NCBI RefSeq assembly: GCF_964204865.1 | Contig: NC_135255.1 | Location: forward strand, 3,534,001-3,598,000 | Direction of reading: 5' to 3' | Origin: Styela clava | Taxonomy: Eukaryota | DNA: 64,000 nt | Part shown: positions 53,301 through 64,000 of the stretch, piece after piece | How the letters are laid out: every line of letters begins with the position of its first letter | Numbering within the stretch: the first letter of the stretch is position 1 | Position numbers and translations under genes: made by a program | Notes under the pieces: model-generated | What the model was told of the DNA's origin: nothing | The model's input: only the letters and a program-made list of their open reading frames with translations | The model's database searches: none

Positions 53301-54783
53301 AGAAACGAACCCAGTCCATTTGGAACATATTGTATGGGTTCCGTTTTTTTTTTTTTCCGTCGCCCTGTATTTGTTTATCATAACATTATATAATACCCAT
53401 TGTTAAACATAGACAGCTTTAGCATTCTACGTTGCATTTTCTTCAAAATAAATGTTCTTGAACTTTTTTTGTACATCCATCACGGTAAAAAGTATACCAT
53501 TGTCATATATATCTAACTTTCCAGACGAAACTACAACAAGAACTCCTCCAGTTATGCCAAGAAAGAAACGATCAACGATTGAATCACATGAAGACGAGAG
53601 CAATGTATACAATGCACCTTCTGTGATACCTGCACCGCCAGTTTACGAAACCACCAAGGATCTAAATGTGGCTACTTCCACATCACGTGGAATCGAATCT
53701 CCATACATGATGCCAAAATCGGCTTCTTCAAGTATATATTTCTTTTTAATAAGATCAGATTCATATTCTTTATGATAATCCAATTTTTATAGTGTTTTAT
53801 GAAAATGTAAATCGGTACTATCTAGCATTCTGGAAAGGGAAAAAATTATCATTTTCTAGATAGTTTTGTGAAGAACGTATTTTCGCATATTACTCTCTGT
53901 GCTTAAGGTCATGACATTTGTCGCAAAAGAGAACTTGATTTTTTTTACTATATTACCTTTTCTCGTTGATGTGACTTCATTTCAGAAATACTCTTTATCG
54001 TTATTGATTAGTATGGCTTATATATGAATTACCAACTCACATAAACATATGTTATCCATAAAAAAATTTGAATTCTAATTTTTTAGGTAAAACTCCCACG
54101 ACTACTGATATAGTTTGCATATCACCTGATGTGATTGATGATGATGAACAAAGAAAAGGTAAGAAACCATCAGTGCGGTTCTGGATTCTAAAAGAATATT
54201 CTCTCACCATCTATGCCTCGCCAAATGGCGACTAACTTTGTTCTCTTCTGAACAGTAGTTATTTACCTTCTGTCAATTTCTTCAATTACTCTCAGCAATT
54301 TCATGGTATCATGAAAATTTTTTCCTTTTTCCAGTTATTGACAGTGGATTTTCACTTTATTCATCCCCGAATCCAACGTCTCCGGTTTTTGATATGCCAG
54401 AGAACTTCATTTATGATCAGCCTTCCAGACCAGCGGCAACTTCAATTTCTAGCAAATCTGACAGTGATGCCAGCGGAACAGGTGAAGTATCACAAGCCAG
54501 TTCCACAAAAAGTGGAAGAGATAGTGGCAATGCATCCATGCTAGCCATTGAGTCAATTGGACAGGAACACAGCCACGGTGAATATTGCGTTATGAATAGC
54601 GTTCCACGCAGAAAAAAACAATGGACTTCCGAAAGCAGCGACAAGCCTGCTGATGAAGTATCAGAAAACAGACTCTCGCAAATGTACCTTAGCATGAAAG
54701 GCATCAAAGGCAATAGGAGAGAAAGTGAGACAACTTCGAAGCATAATAAGAAGCAGAAGACCAAGCCGCGCAAAAGTGTATGA
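41367..54783 (+). CDS. Single-pass receptor: signal-CUB-CUB-Pro/Thr linker-kringle-Thr-rich stalk-TM-long Tyr/Pro-motif cytoplasmic tail (~914 aa)
   Basis: Exons 41367-41371 (ATGAG|gt, tentative; an in-frame ATG at 44617 is the alternative), 44643-44900, 46615-46826, 47467-47667, 48125-48262, 48739-48993, 49815-49943, 50247-50304, 50606-50774, 51495-51570, 51926-51980, 52311-52453, 52724-52792, 53010-53258, 53525-53731, 54087-54158 and 54335-54783 sum to 2745 nt in frame. CUB motifs GHITSPNFP.NYP....C.W, CYDKL, FVSD and GIIKSPNYP..YP....C; kringle CQRW...NYCRNPD....WCYT; TM AIFVVIPIVLIVLVIVIIFIL followed by KRRQKRK. Confidence 0.85.
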
Positions 54784-57700
54784 TAGGTGAGCGACTGCGT
54801 ATTGGATGGACTGATTTATTCGCGTTAGCATAACGCCGAAAAAAATCAAAGCATACAACCGCTTTCCTAACTTGTAAATACGTACATTTTTGTTCAGACT
54901 GCCAGTTCTTAATTGTGTTTGAATGTAATAGGCCGAAAGGAAAGACCACATCGTACCCTTTATTCGTAATCAATGCTTGATACTTTACAAATACAGTTCA
55001 AAGCCTTTTTATTTTTACTTCAAACGTTTTGAGAATTTATTTTCAAGGAAATAATATCGCACTACGCTGTCATTGACTTAATTAATTCCACCATATTATG
55101 ATTTATGAAATATGTATCGTCATTAAACAATCCAAACATAGCTACACGACATATTAGATAAACAACATCACTGTCAGTAAAACGCAAAACCGTGATAAGT
55201 TCATTTCATCGAGAAATTCTGCAAGAAATTTGTAGTTTCAATAGGGTAAAAAAGAATGATTCTTTTCATTACCTTATTACATATTATAAACCCGTTATTC
55301 CTCATTATGCCAGAAGTCCTTAACTAACTAAATAACTGGTGTAGCCTACTTGGTGATGTGTTCTATGAGCAGCGGTATAATTAGAATTCCAGAGCAAAGT
55401 ATGCATCAAGTAGCAATAAGTCAACATGCCATGTGAATCATTTTTTCAAAATAATTATCTTCTTTGTGCTTTTTATCAATTTTTAAGTGTTTCATTATAT
55501 TCAACTGATTTCAAAAATAAAACAAAATTACAGAAATGATTGTTTGATTTTTACCAAGACATACAAAATCTGTTTCTATTCTATGCCTCTCAAAATACAG
55601 CGGTTTCTCAATGTGCAATCTAAGACTAAAACGTAAGTATAGATCACATTTACGAGTGTCTGCTGTCCTGCAATCTCTATTTCATATTTTACATTATGTT
55701 TGGGTTTGATGACCAAGCGGTTAGATGGTGTTGCAAATATTAGAGACATAATACCATAACTTAAATTAGGGGAAGAGATCAAGCGGAGATCAATGAAAAA
55801 CTCTGGTAATCTCTAATTTAAAACCGTTCTATGGTTAAAAAAACTACAATTTAATTGTTATGTTCAGTCTTGTACAATGTTATAAAACACATACTTTATC
55901 TCTTGAGTATTCATAAAATTTTGTGGAATGGCCAAGATTACTAAGATACATAGTTCTGACTTTATTGAAAGTTCTGTCGTAAAAGAACCTGACTTTTCTG
56001 ATTTGTAACTCTTTTAACACTCATCACCATCCAAAACTTTTTATCAAAATTTTGTACAAATATTGCGTCTTAAGTATTGTAAATCTTTTTTATCTTTTTG
56101 AAACTCGTAAAATCATAGTTTTCAATATTAGTTTCACCTTCAGAACTCCTTCCACGGCTGAGTTGATTCTCCAAAACGGCTGGAGTTCATATGTTGGAAA
56201 AAGGAGTCGTTGGAATCGTTCCACCGCGGGTAAAGGCAGAAAAGACCAGTTTTAGTAGACTCGACGATTGCCTTTTTATCACATTCAGGGGTTATTCAGA
56301 AACTTTTTCACACTTTCTAGCATGAGCGTAAAATTCATGAGTAAATCTGTACTTTGATTCCTCGTCCATAAGAGTATTTACGACTTTGCATAAAGCTAAG
56401 TCATCGGTATTGAATAAAGGGACTACTGAAAGTATTTTCGTAATGTTATATAATCGACCTTCATTCTCCTCTGAATCCGGACAAAATATCTGATTTTTTC
56501 GAGTTAATATGTATAAGGTTCCGCCAAACCTGGACCAAAGTTACGGGAGTGTATGAAAGGACTGGTAATACTTAAATACTGTAAATACTCAGATAATATC
56601 CGAAGCAATGTAAAACTATCAATGCCTTGTGCTTTACGGGTAGTTTTTCATTTGCCTATTCATCCCTAAATAGTATTTTTAAATTGTGTCTGTAGTTTTA
56701 AGATTGCGTTTGTAGTTTATCAAAGTGAATAATAGGACCATACCTGAGCATGGGATGGTACCATAACCTTGGTTACCTTGATTTTTGAAGCACCTTCTCA
56801 CACGTCTTACCATATAAGTAAATGCAAATCTATTGATACAATGAACAATGTGATGAGAAAAGCGTGGTAGAAGACTAAAAATTAAATTGATTTCGGATTG
56901 AGTCTAATCACAATTGTCTCAAAACAAAAACGATTACTGGTTTGAACCAGACAATTCGTACCTCCTGAAAAGCAGACTCAGTTTGACAAAATGAAAAGAG
57001 ATTCTGCCTGATCACACAATCCTTGCTAGAAACCCAAGATAATGCCAAACAAGCAAACAATCTTTTTTTTCTTGATTTCGAACTTCCCTCAACAAACTAA
57101 ATTCATAGATAAAAGAATGCTTTCGTGTGAATAAACGTTCAAAATCAAGCTTTTCATAACTTATCTAAAAGTCTCATAAAAGTCTTGAGTTATGAATTTC
57201 GCTAAGTTATTAAAAAAAAATTCTACATTGTACAATGCTTTATTGAATATCCAAATTATATAAACCGTTTCATATCCACCTTTGAAAATTAATTTTCGAC
57301 CAATTATTTTTCCCATTTATTATTCCCATGACTTGTTGACACGTATGATCGGAAAACCTGTTTTAAATTCGCGCAATTCGGCGAACCCCAAACCCTGACA
57401 ACAAATAAATCCACAGAGCTGACATGTGACTGGGTCCAGGAGTACTACAACTGTTTGACGCAATGTGATTGAGCTATTGACGTCATATCACTAGGAGAAT
57501 AAGTCGTTTCAGGTACCAATATTGTAATCATATATTATTGCCATTAATGTCTTAGTTTTTGGAGCTTTGTAAGCAGTTTCTACGTCAAAGGGAAACTGTT
57601 AATATGATAGTTTCCTGTTTACTAGACAATCTGAGCCTATTCTGTTTCTTTCAAAAATATGTGTTCATCTGAATAGGAAACCATGAATTTGTTCATGGAT

Positions 57701-58237
57701 CTTATAAAAAATCCATAGTCAAAAGTTCATAGTCTCATTTCGCAGTCTCACTTTCATAGTCAGCTACTTTCTAAATCAATTGAGTTTGGGCAATTGGAGA
57801 ATATGTAACTTGTATAATACAGTGAAGATGCGAAGTTGGTTACATGATACCACTTCAAGACTGTATTTTGAGGTGAGGCAAAAATGTCTGTCAATCGTGC
57901 AGGTAAAATGAAGTCAAAGTGAAAAAATAAACTGTTATATCTGTTGTAAATTACTGAATAATTAAAAACAGGTAAATTTAATATAGTAGCACATTTATTT
58001 GGGGATTTTCTAATCATTTAACGCTTGGTCGTCGACTCATTGTATACAAGCTTTCGCATAATGAATGTCAGATTGCCAAATTCTCAATTCAACATTATCG
58101 TCTCTTAGACTCGGATACCTCATGCGGTCTAGAATACTGGTGATATTTTATATGCCATGGATAAGGATACATAATGAATAAACGCCTTCGTTTCTCTGTG
58201 ATATTGCAGCAGAAGGAAAGTTATTATTATAAGAAAT

Positions 58238-60705
58238 ATGTTATCTCCTACTATTGTACTGCTGTTTGGTCTATATACATCATCGTCTTGTAATTTTGGG
58301 CCAAGAGATTATGGTCTTTGTTCCCAAGTTTATCAAATGTACGAATATTGCTCTGGACAAAGTAATGATGAAACTACAACCGTCGTAATAGGAAGGAGGG
58401 GAAAAGCTGGGCCACGCGGACCGCCTGGAATATCTGGAAGTCCTGGAGTCGTAGATGTTGCTTCAATAGACACAAAAATATCGGAGGAGTTTGCAGGTGA
58501 AATATAGGTTACATTTTTGTCATTATCTGTCAATTTTAATTGATTACAAATTGATGAAATATTCCGAGATATGTGGAAAAGTCATAATTCTTGGCAATGC
58601 TGATATATCGAACTTTAAATAAATTTAAATAAAGAAAAACCGATCCAAGTTTTATTTTTTTTTAAAGTTCGCAAAATATATTTGTGTTCAAATGATCATT
58701 TAAGTTTAAAAATTGCCTATTTTGCCTTCTAAACATTAGAAGACAAGCCCCAACGTCAGTGATAAGACGTTAAAAATATCTATTCGATTTTATTCGTTGA
58801 TTTCCACAATACACAGTACACAATCTTGTAACTTTTATCTAAACTAGCTTTTCATTGAAAGATAATTAACGCTATATACACTCGATCATCAAACAACAAA
58901 ATCATATAGAAGACGTGATCTCGTGATTCACGTTATAAACAGAAACTTATTTAATACAGGTAATTATGTACGTCGTACGGATGGAAACTTATATATAATT
59001 GATTATTCCCATTTGTGTTCAAATATCCTGAGGAAATAAATTTTAATTTGATAATAACTGGGCGAAACGGCGCTCTCGGTGAAGGATTTTATTCCCAATG
59101 AACTAGAAAACGTTTCTATTCAACCTATCTTGGGTGAACCTAACTGACTTCACTTTTTTAACTTGGAAATTGAATAAGTTTTTAAAACATCAAGCTGTAA
59201 ATAATACACACATCACTTTTCAAAATCAAAAGCATGACTGACATGATTCTCGTGCGAGCAAAACTGTCTTTATTAAATTTACATTAAATACAAATTTTTC
59301 ATTTGTGTCCAAGGTGCCAAATGGGTTATCCTATACTGGCTTTACAATTTGCGCACTTTTCCGGATTGCAATACATTTCTTTCAGCTGCGAGAATACATT
59401 ATAATATCATTCCTTATCGTGTAAATTTGACTTGTAAGTAGTTGCGCATTATCGACTCTGTTTACAATTATTTCGACTCCGGGAGATATTGTGCTGAAGG
59501 TATGCGTTTGACTCGGTACGAACTTCGACAAAAAAAAAAGTTTTATCACACATAAATTTATATCGGTATTGATAATATTTATTGTCTTAAGCTATTTCAA
59601 AGACGAATGGATGGTTCAGTTGATTTTTTTCGGAAATACAATGACTATGTCTATGGATTTGGTGCAAAGCATGGAGAATATTGGCTTGGTAAGTTGCTGA
59701 AATACAACCGACATTTCCTGATGAACGATCATATTGACCAAGTCTTGCCTGTTGATAACAATCAAACTTCGAACGGTTTTTGTATTGGCGGATTTATTGA
59801 TGGTTCACGCGGTGTCATTGGTAACTGTATCTGACATTGAAAATTTAGATGTCACTGCGAAGGAGCATTCGATTATTCTATTAAGCAATTGAAACGGAGT
59901 TTTATAATAAGAAATCCAATAAGACAAAAGAATTTGATTTAAATTACTGACGATCCACAGTCAGAAATTACAACATTTAGTATAGAAAAAACTCCGACGC
60001 CACATCGCTGCAGTAAATGTGTATATTTACGTTCATAATATTGTATCATGTTGAAACTGTTGTGTATATATTTAAAGGACTAAAAATACTTCATCTACTA
60101 ACTTCATCTCGGGAGTATGAGTTACGAATCGACTTAGAAGACTGGGATGGGAACAAAAAATTTTCCAAATATTCGTAAGTTTATCATTCACAATTATGAA
60201 ACGTTACCTAATTATTAGATGCCTTAAACATTATGCAGTTGCCCCAGTACAACAACAGCGCGTACATTATATGAAATGGTATCTTTTACGAACAGATTTG
60301 ACACCCACAAACTAAAGTCAGTCAAGTTCATTTGTATAATAAATTTTCAGATTAGGAATAATCAATATTTTAATCTTTATCAGATCTTTCAAAATCGGAA
60401 ATGCAGCTTCTGGTTATCAACTGACGATTGGGGGATACTCAGGCAACGCAGGAGATTCTCTGAATGATGGCAATGGCAGATCATTCAGCACAAAAGACAA
60501 TGATTCCGACAACAGCTCGGGCAGTAGCTGTGCTACCGTCTATAAAGGCGCCTGGTGGTATAATAGATGTCATCAAGCCAATCTAAACGGATTTTACTTT
60601 GTAGGAGGAACACACAAATCATTCGCAGATGGCATCGAATGGAATTCATGGAAAGGATATTATTACTCACTTAAGTTCACCGAGATGAAAATCAGAGCAT
60701 TATAA
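58238..60705 (+). CDS. Ficolin-like secreted lectin (short collagen + fibrinogen C-terminal domain); one expected exon not found, possible pseudogene
   Basis: Exon 58238-58496 encodes a signal peptide, a Cys-containing N-terminus and [19 protein letters not shown]. FReD exons: 59592-59688 ([14 protein letters not shown]...EYWLG), 60078-60174 ([10 protein letters not shown]) and 60384-60705 (FSTKDND...[15 protein letters not shown]...[19 protein letters not shown]). An aataaa lies at ~60756. Confidence 0.8.
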
Positions 60706-62046
60706 CTTACTGACGTTACTGTATATACATATCTACTAATTTATTATTATTAAAATAATAAAAACTTCATAAATGATTCATTATGGAGCCTTGAAAGGTG
60801 TATACAAAAATTCGATTCTGCCTGAACAACTTGAGATAGAAATCAAAGTGATAGAGTGTGATAATATCCATGGAGTATTCATTACATTGACTTTAACAAA
60901 GCCCGGTAGTGCGGGCCGTCAATATGTAGGCCTATCTAAAAAAACAGACTGACGAGAAAACTTCGGCACAACTGCAAATGATTTTTCCGTATACGCCATA
61001 GCTTGTGCATAATGTTACCTTTTATATTGTAATAAAACTAATTACCGCAGCATGTGTGAACTTTGTTCAAAAAGCGTTAGTAATTGTTTTCCTTTTATGA
61101 CTTATGTCGCACTTTAGCTCTGTCAAAGCTTGTCATTGATTTGTTGAGAGCAATGGAGACCAGGATCTTTACAATCCGATATGCAATGCAGCCTACCTAG
61201 CTTACTGCTTGCTCTATACGTAATTTGGACATACTATTTTAATTTGAGACAACAATCTATATATGTGTATAAATAGTACTCAAATAATACTCAATTTTTC
61301 CAAAACAGAAATAGCCATTCGTTGGAATCATTTTCTCCCGTGTGGCTGCTGGTTAATTCATGATCATCAACCTGAATAGACAACCATTTCAGAATGAGTG
61401 ATACCAGATGTAAGAATATAGTTATGTACAACATATTTAGAAGAAAAAAAAACATAGTTGAAATTGAAAGAAATCGCAAAATATTCGAAAGCCCTAAATA
61501 CTTACCAGTCAATCTTTGGCCATTTCACACTGTCGACACCTATATAGTCTATTGTGAGGTTAATTTGATCCAAACGTGATATATCAATGACCAATTAGTT
61601 CTTTCAATGGCGTGAATGTACATTTAATCATAGCGACAATGTATCAAATGGCGCCACGGAGCTAGGGATTTGTTCAAAAAGAATTGATTTAAAACAGGTG
61701 GTTTAAATCAAGTTTGCTCTGCCTGTTTCGTTTAAAATAGCTGTATTGTTTTGTTTTTTTATATTAAATAGGTTGAAACTAATACAAGATAAAAAGATGT
61801 AAAAACTTGCCAAGCGCTTCTTATTCGCAATAAACCATTCACCAAGCCACAAATGTCGATGACGTTGCCCATACATGCCTTCCCAAGCTGTAACGTAATG
61901 CGTCAGCGAACGTCGTTGGCGGAGGAAGACGCAATCGATAAGCTATTACGTGATCCACCCTGCGACGGCGAGGAATCCAGTAATTCTCTTCCACATTGTC
62001 ACATCTCTAATGTGCATCGCACTGTACTGCCACTGACTTAATTAAT

Positions 62047-62459
62047 TTCCCATCCCATCCCATAGCAATTATCCTGTATCATCCCATGGGATTCCCATTG
62101 AAATAAAATTCAATGAGAGTTGTTGAATTTAGGTTTAGCGTCCACTAAACTGGACTACATGTAAGAAGAGACATGCAAAACAACAAAATTTACGGAATTT
62201 GGTAATTTTATTATTCATAAATATTATACATGTGGCCATCAGCCCCTTCGCGAAGTATATTGTTAATGCTGAATATAAATTGCCATTTATAACTAACAAG
62301 AGAGCTATGCTCAAATATATAGACACGACATCCATATCGAAATTTTTTACCGTCATTTCACGGAAATCGTGCGATTTTTGTGTCCCACGTGTCCTATGAG
62401 AAATACAAATGTGTGCTGTCCCATCCCATCCCATGGGACGCTTCTCATGGACAAGCCTG
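62047..62459. mobile_element. 5'-truncated copy of the 20810-21239 hAT MITE
   Basis: Collinear with ~20835-21239 and retains the right TIR ctcatggacaagcctg; the left TIR is absent. Confidence 0.85.
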
Positions 62460-62714
62460 CAAATATAGCTATATGGCATATTATATGGCAACTGATCCTA
62501 TCCTGTTGGATCATTCTATCGTATTGCGATCGTATCGTTGTACTGTGATCGTAAGCTGAAAATAAATACATTGCCTCGTTAAAGTGTCTGACAGATTGGG
62601 GAATTAGTGCAGGTGCAACAGTTGCCGTTAGCCGTCGTCTGACGACAGAGGAAATGTCCTCCTACCAGTAAACAAATAGGTCGAAAAAATACTTTCTAGG
62701 CTATAGAATGATTC

Positions 62715-63878
62715 GGGTGTCTCAAAAATGTCGTGTCCCACTAGTTCCAATATCCCACTTGTCCCACGTGTCCCACTAGTTCCAATATCCTACTTGTCCC
62801 ACATGTTCCACGTGTACCACTTGCCCCACATATCCCACTTTTCCCGCGTGTACCACTTGTCCTACTTGTTCCACTTGTCTTACGTGTCCCTCTTGTCTCA
62901 CTTGTTTCCACTTATTCTCTCATATAAATTTCTATCAATATAATCGGAGATATTTGTTATCGATCAATTTGAGATTTGTCCAGATCAAACATTTTTAATG
63001 ATAGCCTTTATTGTCTCATTCGGAGGATATCGATATTCAGGCACCCTGGCGTAATTCATCAAATTCCAATTTTATAATCTTTCAAGATCACAACAATATT
63101 AATTTAAAAATCTAGTTAAAAATATATTTCAAGCGTTGTACGTAGTTTGAAACAGTGGTCGGCAACCATCGGGAAGCAGTGCAATATCATACCGTTAGAG
63201 GCAATATATATGACCATGATATTTGCTTATCTTAAATTTGAACACGGTATGATGAAATGATATGAGTCTACGCAAAATAATAGTCAACATATAAAAATTT
63301 TCGTTGAATCAATATCGAACCTTAAAATTCGCCTGCGTTATACAGTTGAGTTGGAATTTCAAGTTAATTAAAAAAAGTGTTTTTGAAGGGCGGTGCGCAA
63401 ATAAATTAAGATTCAAACTGGCCCGCTGATTGCTGACGCCTAGTTTAAAATAATCGATCGTTACATTACTTTCTGGAACCAGCTTCAATCCCGTATACTC
63501 ATCAACGACGTGTGTATTACCCAATAAAAACTCGACCTGAGATAGCAATGCAGTACTAACAATTCTACATCGGAAACAGTAACAAAAATTTTAATTCACC
63601 TAACAGCAAGAAAGATTAAAAAAGTGCAAACCGCTCACATCTACGAAAAATCCGAATCGCTGAATTATATTCCACATGACGAATTTTTCAGACGTATTTC
63701 CTCGGTACTTTTTACAAATATTTCGCGATTTTTATAATGCGATTCTACTTTCTCGATGTTGGAATCATCCGGATTGAACGTGTAACCACGTTCCCACGTG
63801 GGACATGTGTTACACGTGGGAAACGTGGGACATGAGGGACACGTGGGAAAAGTGGGACACGACATTTTTGAGACACAG
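62715..63878. mobile_element. Foldback/Mutator-like non-autonomous element (~1.16 kb)
   Basis: TIRs gtgtctcaaaaatgtcgtgtcccact and agtgggacacgacatttttgagacac, each adjoining an array of ~9-bp tgtcccac(t/g) subrepeats in inverted orientation; flanking direct repeat gaatgattc at 62706-62714 and 63879-63887. Confidence 0.85.
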
Positions 63879-63907
63879 GAATGATTCATTTCATTGTCTT
63901 ATTATAT

Positions 63908-64000
63908 CCCAGTTATTCATTATTTTGCCAGAAGTCCACAACTAAATAATTAACTAGTGTACTTGGTGACATGATCTTTAAGCAGCGATATAATTTGAAT
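63908..64000 (+). repeat. Diverged copy of 55290-55388
   Basis: gttattc...tgccagaagtcc...aacta...acttggtga..tg.tct.t.agcagcg.tataatt.gaat is shared with the spacer upstream of the ficolin-like gene. Confidence 0.7.

Noticed and set aside
54772-54783. Both membrane proteins end in KSV, suggesting a shared PDZ ligand
   Set aside because: Position -2 is Lys rather than Ser/Thr, so it is not a class I PDZ motif; a three-residue match is likely coincidence.
58391-58447. Functional link between COLGALT and the collagen segment of the ficolin-like protein
   Set aside because: The only Lys is in the X position (G-K-A), not the Y position that is hydroxylated and galactosylated, and the genes are ~45 kb apart.
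62728-62910. Short repeat array considered as CRISPR-like or as a coding repeat
   Set aside because: There are no unique spacers, the context is eukaryotic, and the array is the subterminal part of the foldback element.

Overview
AT-rich eukaryotic (animal) genomic DNA with GT-AG spliced genes. The gene content and compact introns suggest an invertebrate chordate such as an ascidian, but this is inference only. Eight gene models were reconstructed by hand from splice sites and reading-frame phase: (1) a cytosolic sulfotransferase on the minus strand that runs off the left edge; (2-4) three same-strand paralogues encoding short (183-194 aa) proteins with a DEPDC1-type DEP domain and no RhoGAP domain; (5) a procollagen galactosyltransferase (COLGALT) with an intronless CDS, lying between DEP copies 1 and 2; (6) an ~1140-aa acidic mucin-like type I membrane protein with 28-aa repeats and a GYxxV tail; (7) a 17-exon, ~914-aa CUB-CUB-kringle-TM receptor with no catalytic domain and a long tyrosine/proline docking tail; (8) a ficolin-like collagen+fibrinogen gene that appears to lack one exon. 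Introns and spacers hold five distinct hAT-type MITEs with 8-bp target-site duplications, a foldback-like element, a tRNA-derived SINE, hairpin elements and local tandem duplications. The best candidates for undescribed biology are the DEP-only gene triplet and the kinase-less CUB/kringle docking receptor. No database searches were run, so novelty is unverified.
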